A stretch of DNA of 64,000 bases, from positions 34,092 through 98,091 of IMG/VR virus record IMGVR_UViG_3300033463_004542. One strand, written 5' to 3'. A program made the position numbers and the translations under genes. Every line of letters starts with the position of its first letter. The first letter of the stretch is position 1. The notes under the pieces were generated by a model that made no database searches, had not been told where the DNA came from, and was given only the letters and a program-made list of their open reading frames with translations. Of the stretch, positions 53,944-62,478 are shown one piece after another. The DNA is from a virus (taxonomy: Duplodnaviria > Caudoviricetes).

Positions 53944-55574
53944 GTACCAACCTCACATGAATTATTAAAGGTTGACGGAACTAACAAAACATATTCTTTG
54001 TTGATTCCAAAGTGGCTCTTGTTTTCTTTAACATCAACTATGTATTTTTCCCAACCGCGGTCCACTACTTTACATACCATAAGATATTCTGTTGCATTTG
54101 GAATATTTTCCATAACTATAGATAGCCACTGACATTGTGTTAATTCGGAATTCTGCTCCTCAAAATAAACTTCTTTATCTTGATAAGGAGGGCATATGAA
54201 AACTGAACACTTATCAGAATAAGTGAATTTTGTAGCATCGCCTACATCGATAGGCCGACGTAGAGATTTATGCCATTCAACTAATTCAGAATTCAAATCT
54301 ACTCCTACATATTGTTTACCTAACTCAATAGCTGCGTCACATCTAGCGCCCCAACCTGCAAAAGGGTCAACTATTGTATCAGATGTGCAGTACTTAGTTA
54401 TCAAATCCTTAGCAAACTGCTTAGAAAACCACGAAGGCTGTTTGCATGTTCTTGTAACATTCATAGCAGTAAGTATTTGTTTATTATCAATGAACCCGCC
54501 AGTATATTTAATTCTATTAACTATCATATTCCATCGTGTTTTTGGGTCATAAAATGCTTCGTGGGCACTAAGTTTACCATCTACTTTTACATCATAAAAA
54601 CACTTAGGTCTATCAGATGCATATGGAAAATTAACATCCTTGTGGAACAATGAAATATCTACACCAATCAGCGGGTCAGGACATTTATCAAGATAATTTA
54701 ATCCATTTGATTCTTTAGTATTAGGCCTCCCGCACAACTTAATTGCTTCGGCAGAATTATCAGTTATCAGTATAACATGATGCTGTTTATATAATTCTAT
54801 TTTCTTCTCGATAGGCACTGATTGAGCATAATCATATACACCTTGAAGATATGGAAGCCCCTTTACCTCAAAAAGCATTCCCTCTATTCTGAAATCTATG
54901 AAAGTTTTTCTAATAACTCCATCATATTCAAACTCAATAGGAATATTTCTATCAATAGCAAGTCCAAGCGATTTACAAAAATCATAGACAGTCTTCTCAT
55001 ATAAACTATCTAAAGGAGTTCCGTCTTCGGCTTTAATTCCTTTGCGAGTAATTGCAGCTTTTGAATGAAATTCTGCACTTTGCATAGGCCTACGGACACC
55101 GTAGTTACGCAAGTAGCCTTCTTCACCTCTTCGCTTAAATTCATCGCTTTGAGTGACAAATTCTACACCGTATTTATTCAGGCAAGTCTTCTTAGATTTA
55201 TCCCAAAAATCATCCATCTGAAATGGACAATCTACTCCATATTTTGACTGAAATAAATCTCGACACTTGTCTTTTATTTCTTGTGATTGTGCGGCATTAC
55301 GTTTACCAAATCGCTTCAGATTAGTTTGTTCTTGTTTCTCTTTCAAAGCAGGATTTCGTAAAGGATAAGGAGTTCCATATCGTTGTTCAATTGTAGCTTC
55401 TCTCTTCTTTCGAGTACATTCTTTCGAACAACATAATTGCGAAGATGTAGGCCGCTTGATAATAAACGGTCTTCCACATACTTCGCAATTTCTATAATGA
55501 ATATCAGAACAAATTGTTTGAGCATTTGTTTTTGGCTCAAACGGTTTTCCACACATCTTACATAACTTCGTCAT
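53940..55574 (-). CDS. Homing endonuclease-like protein (Zn fingers, KYG repeats, PD-(D/E)xK nuclease) fused to an amino-DNA methyltransferase
   Basis: CKMC and CEVC; RYG/KYG repeats; DS.YE...IDF...FEVKG; VDPFAGWG (motif I) and CPPY (motif IV); GGAGGTG RBS before 55574. Confidence 0.75.
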   Translation of the reverse strand: MTKLCKMCGKPFEPKTNAQTICSDIHYRNCEVCGRPFIIKRPTSSQLCCSKECTRKKREATIEQRYGTPYPLRNPALKEKQEQTNLKRFGKRNAAQSQEIKDKCRDLFQSKYGVDCPFQMDDFWDKSKKTCLNKYGVEFVTQSDEFKRRGEEGYLRNYGVRRPMQSAEFHSKAAITRKGIKAEDGTPLDSLYEKTVYDFCKSLGLAIDRNIPIEFEYDGVIRKTFIDFRIEGMLFEVKGLPYLQGVYDYAQSVPIEKKIELYKQHHVILITDNSAEAIKLCGRPNTKESNGLNYLDKCPDPLIGVDISLFHKDVNFPYASDRPKCFYDVKVDGKLSAHEAFYDPKTRWNMIVNRIKYTGGFIDNKQILTAMNVTRTCKQPSWFSKQFAKDLITKYCTSDTIVDPFAGWGARCDAAIELGKQYVGVDLNSELVEWHKSLRRPIDVGDATKFTYSDKCSVFICPPYQDKEVYFEEQNSELTQCQWLSIVMENIPNATEYLMVCKVVDRGWEKYIVDVKENKSHFGINKEYVLLVPSTFNNSCEVGT

Positions 55575-55577
55575 ATT

Positions 55578-55658
55578 CACCTCCACTAAGGTTAAGTATA
55601 GTATATGAGGTAATCAAGTGTAGTGGCACTTGAAACACTGGCCGGTGCTGTCCCTCAT
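55578..55658 (-). ncRNA. Candidate cis-regulatory RNA: three-way junction with a loop pairing to the RBS
   Basis: ATGAGG/CCTCAT outer stem; TCAAGTG-CCACTA-CACTTGA hairpin; loop CCACTA complementary to TAGTGG overlapping the SD. Confidence 0.55.
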
Positions 55659-55662
55659 TTAC

Positions 55663-55673
55663 TATAACGATTC
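55663..55673 (-). promoter_or_regulatory. Putative promoter GAATCGTTATA
   Basis: Exact 11-mer right after the tube stop codon. Confidence 0.6.
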
Positions 55674-55675
55674 AA

Positions 55676-56221
55676 TTATTGAATGTCTTCCGGCTTCAGG
55701 TATATTGCTCTCGAAATAACGAATGTGCACTGAACCTGTACCAGTCCACCTTCCTGGCTCATATCGCCGTTGTTAAGGTTACTGAGCCAAACACCAGGAC
55801 ATTTAATGATATCTCTTGCCTGCCCGCCTGTACCATCGTATTTAATGAAGTAAACCTGTCTCATATATTGAGAAGGAAGACCTAAGCACTCTGTGAGCGG
55901 GTCATATGTCTGCCTTCTCCAAGCCCTGAGAGCCTCAAGAACATTTGGAGTAGTATAGCAATTAAGTGTCCAAGAAACATCGTTGTAATCGACTTTCTGT
56001 GGGAACTTGATAATGCCGTTACCATAATGAACGGTAATAGCCTGTTGTGATTCTTCAATGGCTCCTACATCTTGTGTAGAAAGTGTAAGTGTGTCAGAAA
56101 ATTCTGCAGGGCTTGAGCCATCCATGTTGTAGATTCTAATCTCAAAATTGTTCTTGTAAAGGGGTACATAGGAATCTACGCCTAACATGTGGTTGGTTCC
56201 CATTGCTAAAGGTGTGAACAT
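55676..56221 (-). CDS. Tail tube protein (gp19-like)
   Basis: NNFEI, YGN..IKF, L.AW...YDP...G....Y, GVW motifs; GGAGG RBS before 56221. Confidence 0.8.
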   Translation of the reverse strand: MFTPLAMGTNHMLGVDSYVPLYKNNFEIRIYNMDGSSPAEFSDTLTLSTQDVGAIEESQQAITVHYGNGIIKFPQKVDYNDVSWTLNCYTTPNVLEALRAWRRQTYDPLTECLGLPSQYMRQVYFIKYDGTGGQARDIIKCPGVWLSNLNNGDMSQEGGLVQVQCTFVISRAIYLKPEDIQ

Positions 56222-56264
56222 ATTGAATTCCTCCATTTGTAATTTATTGTGGTTACATACATTC

Positions 56265-56280
56265 AAGGTAATCTAACCTT
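56265..56280. promoter_or_regulatory. Back-to-back AACCTT-class promoters (tube gene on minus, 56321 gene on plus)
   Basis: AAGGTA at 56265-56270 and AACCTT at 56275-56280. Confidence 0.45.
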
Positions 56281-56320
56281 ATCTGCAATTAATTAATGAT
56301 ATTAAAATAATATAAGTACA

Positions 56321-57136
56321 ATGTTGAACGATAAAGCAAAACTTACTATCTATAACAAGTATGGCGTAGAAAATATACGCCAATGCGAAGAGTTTGTTAA
56401 TATTATTCATCCTGACAAAGAATGTAAAGCGTATAAAGACTTCAATGCTTTAATGGCATCAAAAGTTAATGAAGCAATGAAATGGTTGAGTAATAAAAAT
56501 ATAGAATATATTTGGAATGAATGGATAGACGGGCATCTGTATCGACTTTATATACCCGAAAAAGATGTACTTTTGGACTTTGAGTACTATCCTGTTATCA
56601 ATAAGAATTATAATTACATTCGTATTAATTATGATACTGACATCACAAGAGTACTAGGAAAACTTTTCCCAAGTAAAATAATAGAAACAAATGAACTCCA
56701 ATTTTGCAAAGCAGTTCAGAAATCTACAAACAAGTTCTTAAAGACGAATGATGTGAATCCGGTCTATTATAAAGACATATTTAGAGCAACTTACATAAAA
56801 GACGAGAAAATATATCAGTGTATCATACTTAGAGATAATAAAATAATTACTAATGTTGTTCAAAAAGATTGTTCTATTCCCTACGGAACTTACATGCTAC
56901 TCAGATATCTAAATGAATGGTTTGAAATTCCTGAGATTCTTATACCTAGTAATCTAGATAACTCGTATACTACAGCAATGTACGAATTACTTGATTTGCC
57001 AATAGTACAAACTACACCGAAGAAGAAAATATGGTGGAATATTAAAGGAACTAAATGGCATATCACTGAAGATGAAAGAAAAGATTATATTCCATTCTAT
57101 TTCACAGAACGGATAACATATAAGTACACAAAATAA
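56321..57136 (+). CDS. Degenerate homing-endonuclease-like protein (KYG repeat, eroded nuclease, GNAT-like C-terminus)
   Basis: NKYGVENI; RLYIPEKDVLLDFE where the family has LDIYIP..LAIE.NG; only substantial + strand ORF. Confidence 0.55.
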   Translation: MLNDKAKLTIYNKYGVENIRQCEEFVNIIHPDKECKAYKDFNALMASKVNEAMKWLSNKNIEYIWNEWIDGHLYRLYIPEKDVLLDFEYYPVINKNYNYIRINYDTDITRVLGKLFPSKIIETNELQFCKAVQKSTNKFLKTNDVNPVYYKDIFRATYIKDEKIYQCIILRDNKIITNVVQKDCSIPYGTYMLLRYLNEWFEIPEILIPSNLDNSYTTAMYELLDLPIVQTTPKKKIWWNIKGTKWHITEDERKDYIPFYFTERITYKYTK

Positions 57137-57171
57137 TAACCCCAAGGCGTGCCAGGTACCTCAGGGTTATT
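57134..57171. terminator. Bidirectional terminator between convergent genes
   Basis: AATAACCC.AGG...CCT.AGGGTTATT hairpin. Confidence 0.6.
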
Positions 57172-57200
57172 GCGAAAGAAAAATGGGAGGTTAAGACCGT

Positions 57201-58016
57201 TTACTTTTTGTAGGCTTTAGCAGCAATCTGAGTTGCTCTTCCATAAAGACCATCTACTTTTACTTTAAGGATACTTTGGCAAACTTTGACGGCATTGTAG
57301 CACTCGTTGCCATATTCTCCGTCTGCGCCAAACTTAGGAAGGCATCCAGGTGAAATCCAAAGTAACAGTTTCTGTAATTTAACAACTTCCTTACCCTTAT
57401 CACCCTTCTTGAAATATCCTCTGTTAGGAAGAGTCGGGAACTCTCCTGTATAACCTTGAGGCTCAGGTGCAGGGGTCGGGGTAGGTGTAGGAGTAGGTGC
57501 AGGCTGAGGTGCTGATGTATCGTCAACAAGCAAGTTGCTCTGGCTCCAATGTGTCCAAGAAGAATCTAACTTGCTAATGATTACGCCATATTTATGGCCT
57601 TTAGCCTCGATAATTGTATCATCGCCAATGTAGACACCTACATGAGACTTTGTAGTATTATCTCCTTTGTAAACAAGTCTACCAGGAACTTTGTCAAAAG
57701 AAGAAATCTTGCCCTTAGCAGAAGAATTATTATAAAGTGCAGTTGCACCATAATCTTGCTTTGCATTGTACTTAGGAGTTACATCATCAATGCTATCGGT
57801 CCAAAGGTAAGCCTTGATAAGACCGGCGCAGTCAAATACCTGTTTAGGATTCTGAATCTGCTTCTCAAAATCGCTTGCTGTATAATATCGGCTATACTGT
57901 GCCTTCTTTGCTTTGTATAAAGCATTACTAGCCATCTGGCCGAATGTACCAAACCAATAATAACAGCCTACTTTAGCCTTCACATAGGCAACAAGTCCAC
58001 TATTTGTTTTTGCCAT
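57201..58016 (-). CDS. Endolysin: NlpC/P60 peptidase, Pro/Thr linker, peptidoglycan-binding domain
   Basis: FDCAGL, HVGVYIG, IEAKG; PAPTPTPTP; KGDKG..V..LQ...ADG..G, VDG..G..T. Confidence 0.9.
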   Translation of the reverse strand: MAKTNSGLVAYVKAKVGCYYWFGTFGQMASNALYKAKKAQYSRYYTASDFEKQIQNPKQVFDCAGLIKAYLWTDSIDDVTPKYNAKQDYGATALYNNSSAKGKISSFDKVPGRLVYKGDNTTKSHVGVYIGDDTIIEAKGHKYGVIISKLDSSWTHWSQSNLLVDDTSAPQPAPTPTPTPTPAPEPQGYTGEFPTLPNRGYFKKGDKGKEVVKLQKLLLWISPGCLPKFGADGEYGNECYNAVKVCQSILKVKVDGLYGRATQIAAKAYKK

Positions 58017-58028
58017 AATAGTTTCTCC

Positions 58029-58295
58029 TTACTTTGATTTAAGTTGCTTGTAAATCTGATTGATACCTGTTGCAGCAAAACCTGATACAATACCAACTGC
58101 TACTGCAACTGCCCAATTCTCTGCAGGAATGAAATTAGGAATAGTAAGGAAGATTACAATACCTAAGATTGCACCTAATGCTCCGCAGATAGAAGGAATG
58201 AACTTATCAAGTTTCTCATTGCCGATTTTCTTGCAAGTATATCCTACAAGGTAACACATAACTACAATTGCAGGGAATGCTACGAATTCTGTCAT
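58029..58295 (-). CDS. Holin (A118-like family)
   Basis: Three hydrophobic helices; KFIP...GA.LG, GIVSG.AATG..Q; adjacent to endolysin. Confidence 0.85.
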   Translation of the reverse strand: MTEFVAFPAIVVMCYLVGYTCKKIGNEKLDKFIPSICGALGAILGIVIFLTIPNFIPAENWAVAVAVGIVSGFAATGINQIYKQLKSK

Positions 58296-58414
58296 TTTAC
58301 TTTTCCTCCTCTAAGTATTATTCTCTAATAGTTACTATGAATATTAATAATAAAGTTCCTAAATATATACCATATGCAATCAAAGTCGCTAAATCTAATT
58401 CCATATAATAATAC

Positions 58415-58420
58415 AAGGTT
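58415..58420 (-). promoter_or_regulatory. Putative late promoter AACCTTGTAT (lysis cassette)
   Basis: Recurrent motif. Confidence 0.55.
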
Positions 58421-58421
58421 A

Positions 58422-59045
58422 TTAATCGGAATTAGGAGTAGGAGGTAATATTTCAATATCCTGTGAAAGCACCTGTCTTTGCAGATGGTGAGGGCTATAA
58501 GAAAGATATACACAACCGTTTGTTTTCAAGTGAATGGTAGACTGATACAATGCACCTGTTTTAGTAAATTCAACACTGCCGGATTCCCTCTTTATACCAT
58601 AACCTAAATCTACTTCTATTGCAAATCTTACTTTTCTATCTGATTCATATGGAAGTTGAATTACAAGATAATATTGTGAAAGATACTTGTAGAAGAGTTC
58701 TCGAGCTAACTCATCTGTATCAGCAGTATTTGTAGAAAGTATTCTTATTGTATATTGAAGGTCAACATGAATGGCTTTTTCATAATATACTGTATTTGTT
58801 TTGTTGTCAAATGCTGCAGGAACACCAAACTGAGCCCTAGAAAAATTCCATAAGTCAGTTATAATGGGCATATCCTCATCTCTACTAACAAGGATAAGTG
58901 GATATGTAATTGTATCTTCCTGCATCTGTGCAATTATTCCAGGATATGTTTCTGCATCCGAAATAACTACATTCGGATTTGCATTTGCAGAATTTATAGA
59001 TGATTTTATATCATCAACTATTGCACGGTCATACAAGTAGAGCAC
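58422..59045 (-). CDS. Tail terminator / neck protein (gp15-like)
   Basis: YD.AI, YPLI..SR, L.Y.I.I...TDEL.REL motifs; GTG start. Confidence 0.55.
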   Translation of the reverse strand: MLYLYDRAIVDDIKSSINSANANPNVVISDAETYPGIIAQMQEDTITYPLILVSRDEDMPIITDLWNFSRAQFGVPAAFDNKTNTVYYEKAIHVDLQYTIRILSTNTADTDELARELFYKYLSQYYLVIQLPYESDRKVRFAIEVDLGYGIKRESGSVEFTKTGALYQSTIHLKTNGCVYLSYSPHHLQRQVLSQDIEILPPTPNSD

Positions 59046-59066
59046 AGTTAATTACCTCTCATTAGT

Positions 59067-59618
59067 TTATGCTTTATCTCCGGGCCTATATTTACTCTTT
59101 AAATCTTCTCCACGATAATCGCTAGGCTGATTTAAGAAGTGGTTTGACGAATTGAATGTTTGAGCAATTTCTTTTCTTGTTCTTCCTACAATAGGCTGAC
59201 CATTTGCTAAAGGAACTACTTGACATACTAAGTGGTCTGCGGCTACCATATCATAAGTAATTTCAGTAACTCTAAATTTTCTCTCAGTTAATTCGGAATA
59301 CAGACCTGACATGCTGAAAATACTATCTTTCTGTACCTTTGGTAAATTCCAACTACAATGGATAAGAAAAGGCAAATCGCTGTTATTATCAACTACCCAC
59401 CCATATCTCTTGAATGTTTTCACCTTAGGGCTACCGTCAAAAAAGATATGTGTTGGCATCGGTTCAGAATAAGAATCAATTTCAGGTTCGCCTTGTTCAT
59501 TTGACTTAGCGATATTCGGAAACTGATAAGTACAAGGAATACCCTGTTGTTGCAATGCTTCATCATAACGCTTGCGCCAAAGCAGTATATCAGACCCTAT
59601 TAAGTGATTACTCATCAT
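59067..59618 (-). CDS. Head closure / neck protein
   Basis: F.EAL...GI...YQFP, P..KT..R.GW, F.V..IT motifs; context near portal. Confidence 0.5.
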   Translation of the reverse strand: MMSNHLIGSDILLWRKRYDEALQQQGIPCTYQFPNIAKSNEQGEPEIDSYSEPMPTHIFFDGSPKVKTFKRYGWVVDNNSDLPFLIHCSWNLPKVQKDSIFSMSGLYSELTERKFRVTEITYDMVAADHLVCQVVPLANGQPIVGRTRKEIAQTFNSSNHFLNQPSDYRGEDLKSKYRPGDKA

Positions 59619-59904
59619 AATCTCCTTCTCCAATAAGCGGGTCAAGATACTCACCAATACCTGATAACAAAGATTCTAAATCTTCACAATGAATAAGTCC
59701 GACAAGATAGGAATTTGACTTTTCACGATAATAATTTATTACATCATCCGTGAAATATGCAGAATAGGTAGTAACTTTTTTGTTCTGATACTGACTATAC
59801 GGATTATTTACCTGTACTTCTGAAATATAGGGATAATATTTTTCAGGTATTATATCCCAGACTTCTAAAATTTCATCGTCTGTCGCTCTAATGTACCTTT
59901 TCAT
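59608..59904 (-). CDS. Leader-tagged small protein (MKRYIRAT)
   Basis: Leader motif; GGAG RBS. Confidence 0.7.
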   Translation of the reverse strand: MKRYIRATDDEILEVWDIIPEKYYPYISEVQVNNPYSQYQNKKVTTYSAYFTDDVINYYREKSNSYLVGLIHCEDLESLLSGIGEYLDPLIGEGDYDE

Positions 59905-60543
59905 TTATTCTTCATCTCCATATCCGTTATCTTCAATGATATCATCAATATTTGCTACATAAGTAAGCCAAGTCCAGTCAAATAACTTTGTTTGACTCAT
60001 GAATGTAAGATTTGCAGCAACTCCGTCGTTAAGTTTACTCAGGAATTCAGTATCTCTACAAGTGTAGTCTTGATTAATCCAATCAGGACAATGTTCTACA
60101 TTGAATGCTACAATGTAATCCGAGAATACTTTGTTGCCTAAACTATCATACTTGTAGACCGGAAGTTTTCTAATCTTATCATAATTAAGACCTGAAAGAG
60201 TAATAAGATACGAAATCTGCTCACCGCTAAGATGCTGATTGATTTCAAAGGTGACATCAAATCCAAATTTATTCAATTCGGCAAGGATTTCATCTGTGGT
60301 AAATTCTTTAATCTTACCTGAAACAGGGTCAGGAGTTAATAAAGTTCCTTTAGAATTTATCAGGCAAGCAAATAATGTACCGTATTGAGTATGATTTACT
60401 AATATAATAGTTCCTTCTAACCTATGGCTTCCATCGTCAATTACAGTCTTAACTGTAATATATAAATCGACTGAATTATTCGACTTACATTCGGATAATT
60501 GAAGCCAATTTGATATGTTGTATCTTAAAGGAAATGTACTCAT
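59905..60543 (-). CDS. Hypothetical protein
   Basis: ORF; GAGG RBS. Confidence 0.7.
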   Translation of the reverse strand: MSTFPLRYNISNWLQLSECKSNNSVDLYITVKTVIDDGSHRLEGTIILVNHTQYGTLFACLINSKGTLLTPDPVSGKIKEFTTDEILAELNKFGFDVTFEINQHLSGEQISYLITLSGLNYDKIRKLPVYKYDSLGNKVFSDYIVAFNVEHCPDWINQDYTCRDTEFLSKLNDGVAANLTFMSQTKLFDWTWLTYVANIDDIIEDNGYGDEE

Positions 60544-60923
60544 ACAGCTACCTCATTGCTATTTTCTACTTCCGGAGCTGACTTCTTAGCCGCTTCAATT
60601 GCAGCTTTATGCTCTTTAATGTAAGCCCTTAATTCAACCTGAAATCCAATAAGGTTATCTGTTGACGCATCAGGATAATCACTGAAATACTTTGCAACCT
60701 GGTCTAACTTTAACTTGAAGTAAAGAATTCTTTCTTCAACATCTGTTATATCAGGATGTTTCTCAATGAAGATAAAGTATCTTGTTAATACGGAACTGAA
60801 TGATTTATGAATAACCGGACTATTTACAGATAAATCTGCTTTTTCAATAGTCTTAAAATTTGTTGAGTTAAACTCTTTCAGATTCTTGAAGAACAAGTCT
60901 GTCAAATCTTTTGTAGGTCGCAT
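60540..60923 (-). CDS. Hypothetical protein
   Basis: ORF following portal. Confidence 0.7.
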   Translation of the reverse strand: MRPTKDLTDLFFKNLKEFNSTNFKTIEKADLSVNSPVIHKSFSSVLTRYFIFIEKHPDITDVEERILYFKLKLDQVAKYFSDYPDASTDNLIGFQVELRAYIKEHKAAIEAAKKSAPEVENSNEVAV

Positions 60924-60924
60924 A

Positions 60925-62442
60925 TTACATCATTCCTCCCATACCTTCTTCGCCACCGCTAGACAAATCAACATCCCAATTCATTACATCAGAACCGGTC
61001 TTAGGGAAGGCCTGAGTAAGGATTTCCTGAATTGCTGACTTATAATCAGATATGTCTTCAACACCAAGTTCCTTCATCAAAGTTACAAGGTTTTGAGCTT
61101 GGCCGATAGTAGCATCACGTTTTTCAAATAATACCTGGTCCATATTAGTAATGATAGGATTCATATTAAGAACGAACTTATCAACGAAACCGCTCATATT
61201 TCTTGATAAGAAATACTTATTAAGAGCATCTCGCCAACCATTCTTATATGCTGTTTCAATCCTTGCAAGAATATTTGCATAAAGGGCTGACCTTTGTGAC
61301 ATTACTGAACCTGCATTACCCAAACCTTCTGCAGCAGAATAGTTCATCGCTTCTTTAGGTACGCCTAATACTGATAACTTCTTATCTTGATAGTAATCAA
61401 GAAGTTTGTTTTCACTTTCACTAGGCTCACCCATATTCAAATCTGTAATAGATATTGCATCTGAGCCATTTACTTTTGCTAAATAGATGAGGTTATTAGG
61501 GCTCTGCGGATTGACGAAACTTTCTGCATTTCCTGTAGCCGTATTAAGTGCCAACTGCTGCTCAATCATATCCTTGATTACTTGGAGATTTTCTCTAATC
61601 TCGTTTTCCTCTGCAGTTGTTCCGCAATCTACATTTATGAACCTTACTGTTCTTGTTAATGAAGAAAGTAACATCGCGTCTTCTAAAAGACTTAATGTTT
61701 GTGTAGGCTGTACTGCTTGAGATAAGATAGGCTCAGCAAATTGAATATCGTAATCAACTTGCTCGTTGTTAGAATCTGTGCCTGAAATGTGATACTTACC
61801 AAGTAATCCACCTAAAGAGAAGTGAATTATTGACGATTCAGGATAACTTATAATCTGTTCACTGAAGAACGAAGTATTATCAGAATTAGGCTGAAATAAA
61901 TATCCTTGAGGTTTTCCTTGATACCAAATATGAATAATATCTTCAGGAGGTATCATATAAGAAGGAATAATATCATAATCCTTATTTACAAGAGTATTGT
62001 CGTCTAATGCAACTAATTCTCTTGTTTGATGAACTCCCGGAACTCGATAAGTTTCTGTTGTAGGAATGTAAACCTGGCCTACTGTTGCCAACTCAAGAAT
62101 ATGGTCTCGAGCATAATCGTTTACTTTCCATCTCTTAAAACACTGATTAATGATGTCTGCTACATTCTTGTGGTCATCGTCAATAGCTGTAGCCCATATG
62201 ATGTCTCCTGAACTATTTGCGGTTGTAGCATCTGTCGCATAATAGTTTAATGCGGTACTTATTTGAGAATCTCTTGCAAGAGCACGCATTACATTAATCT
62301 GTGTTCTAATATCTTCAATATCTGAAGCACCTCTGAGGTCAGATACTTTATAGAATGTTCCACTTACAGCTACAGTGCTTCTTAGACGAGATAAGATATT
62401 TTGCTTTTTAGGAGCAAATAATCTTTCATACCAGTTAGCCAT
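60925..62442 (-). CDS. Portal protein (T4 gp20-like)
   Basis: DS.I.TAL..YA.DAT, IIHF, L.LLEDA.L...L.R..R...VD.G, DY...K....LGVPK motifs. Confidence 0.85.
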   Translation of the reverse strand: MANWYERLFAPKKQNILSRLRSTVAVSGTFYKVSDLRGASDIEDIRTQINVMRALARDSQISTALNYYATDATTANSSGDIIWATAIDDDHKNVADIINQCFKRWKVNDYARDHILELATVGQVYIPTTETYRVPGVHQTRELVALDDNTLVNKDYDIIPSYMIPPEDIIHIWYQGKPQGYLFQPNSDNTSFFSEQIISYPESSIIHFSLGGLLGKYHISGTDSNNEQVDYDIQFAEPILSQAVQPTQTLSLLEDAMLLSSLTRTVRFINVDCGTTAEENEIRENLQVIKDMIEQQLALNTATGNAESFVNPQSPNNLIYLAKVNGSDAISITDLNMGEPSESENKLLDYYQDKKLSVLGVPKEAMNYSAAEGLGNAGSVMSQRSALYANILARIETAYKNGWRDALNKYFLSRNMSGFVDKFVLNMNPIITNMDQVLFEKRDATIGQAQNLVTLMKELGVEDISDYKSAIQEILTQAFPKTGSDVMNWDVDLSSGGEEGMGGMM

Positions 62443-62472
62443 TAAGTAAATCCTCCGATTTCATTGATAAAA

Positions 62473-62478
62473 AAGGTT
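62473..62478 (-). promoter_or_regulatory. Putative late promoter (portal operon) AACCTTTTTTAT
   Basis: Recurrent motif overlapping the upstream stop codon. Confidence 0.55.

Noticed and set aside
55588-55593. AACCTT next to the RBS of the nuclease-MTase gene as a late promoter
   Set aside because: It lacks the nnAT tail and is too close to the RBS to yield a translatable mRNA
55578-55658. tRNA or hammerhead ribozyme
   Set aside because: Only two inner arms, no TTC/T-loop or CCA end, and no CUGANGA/GAAA core
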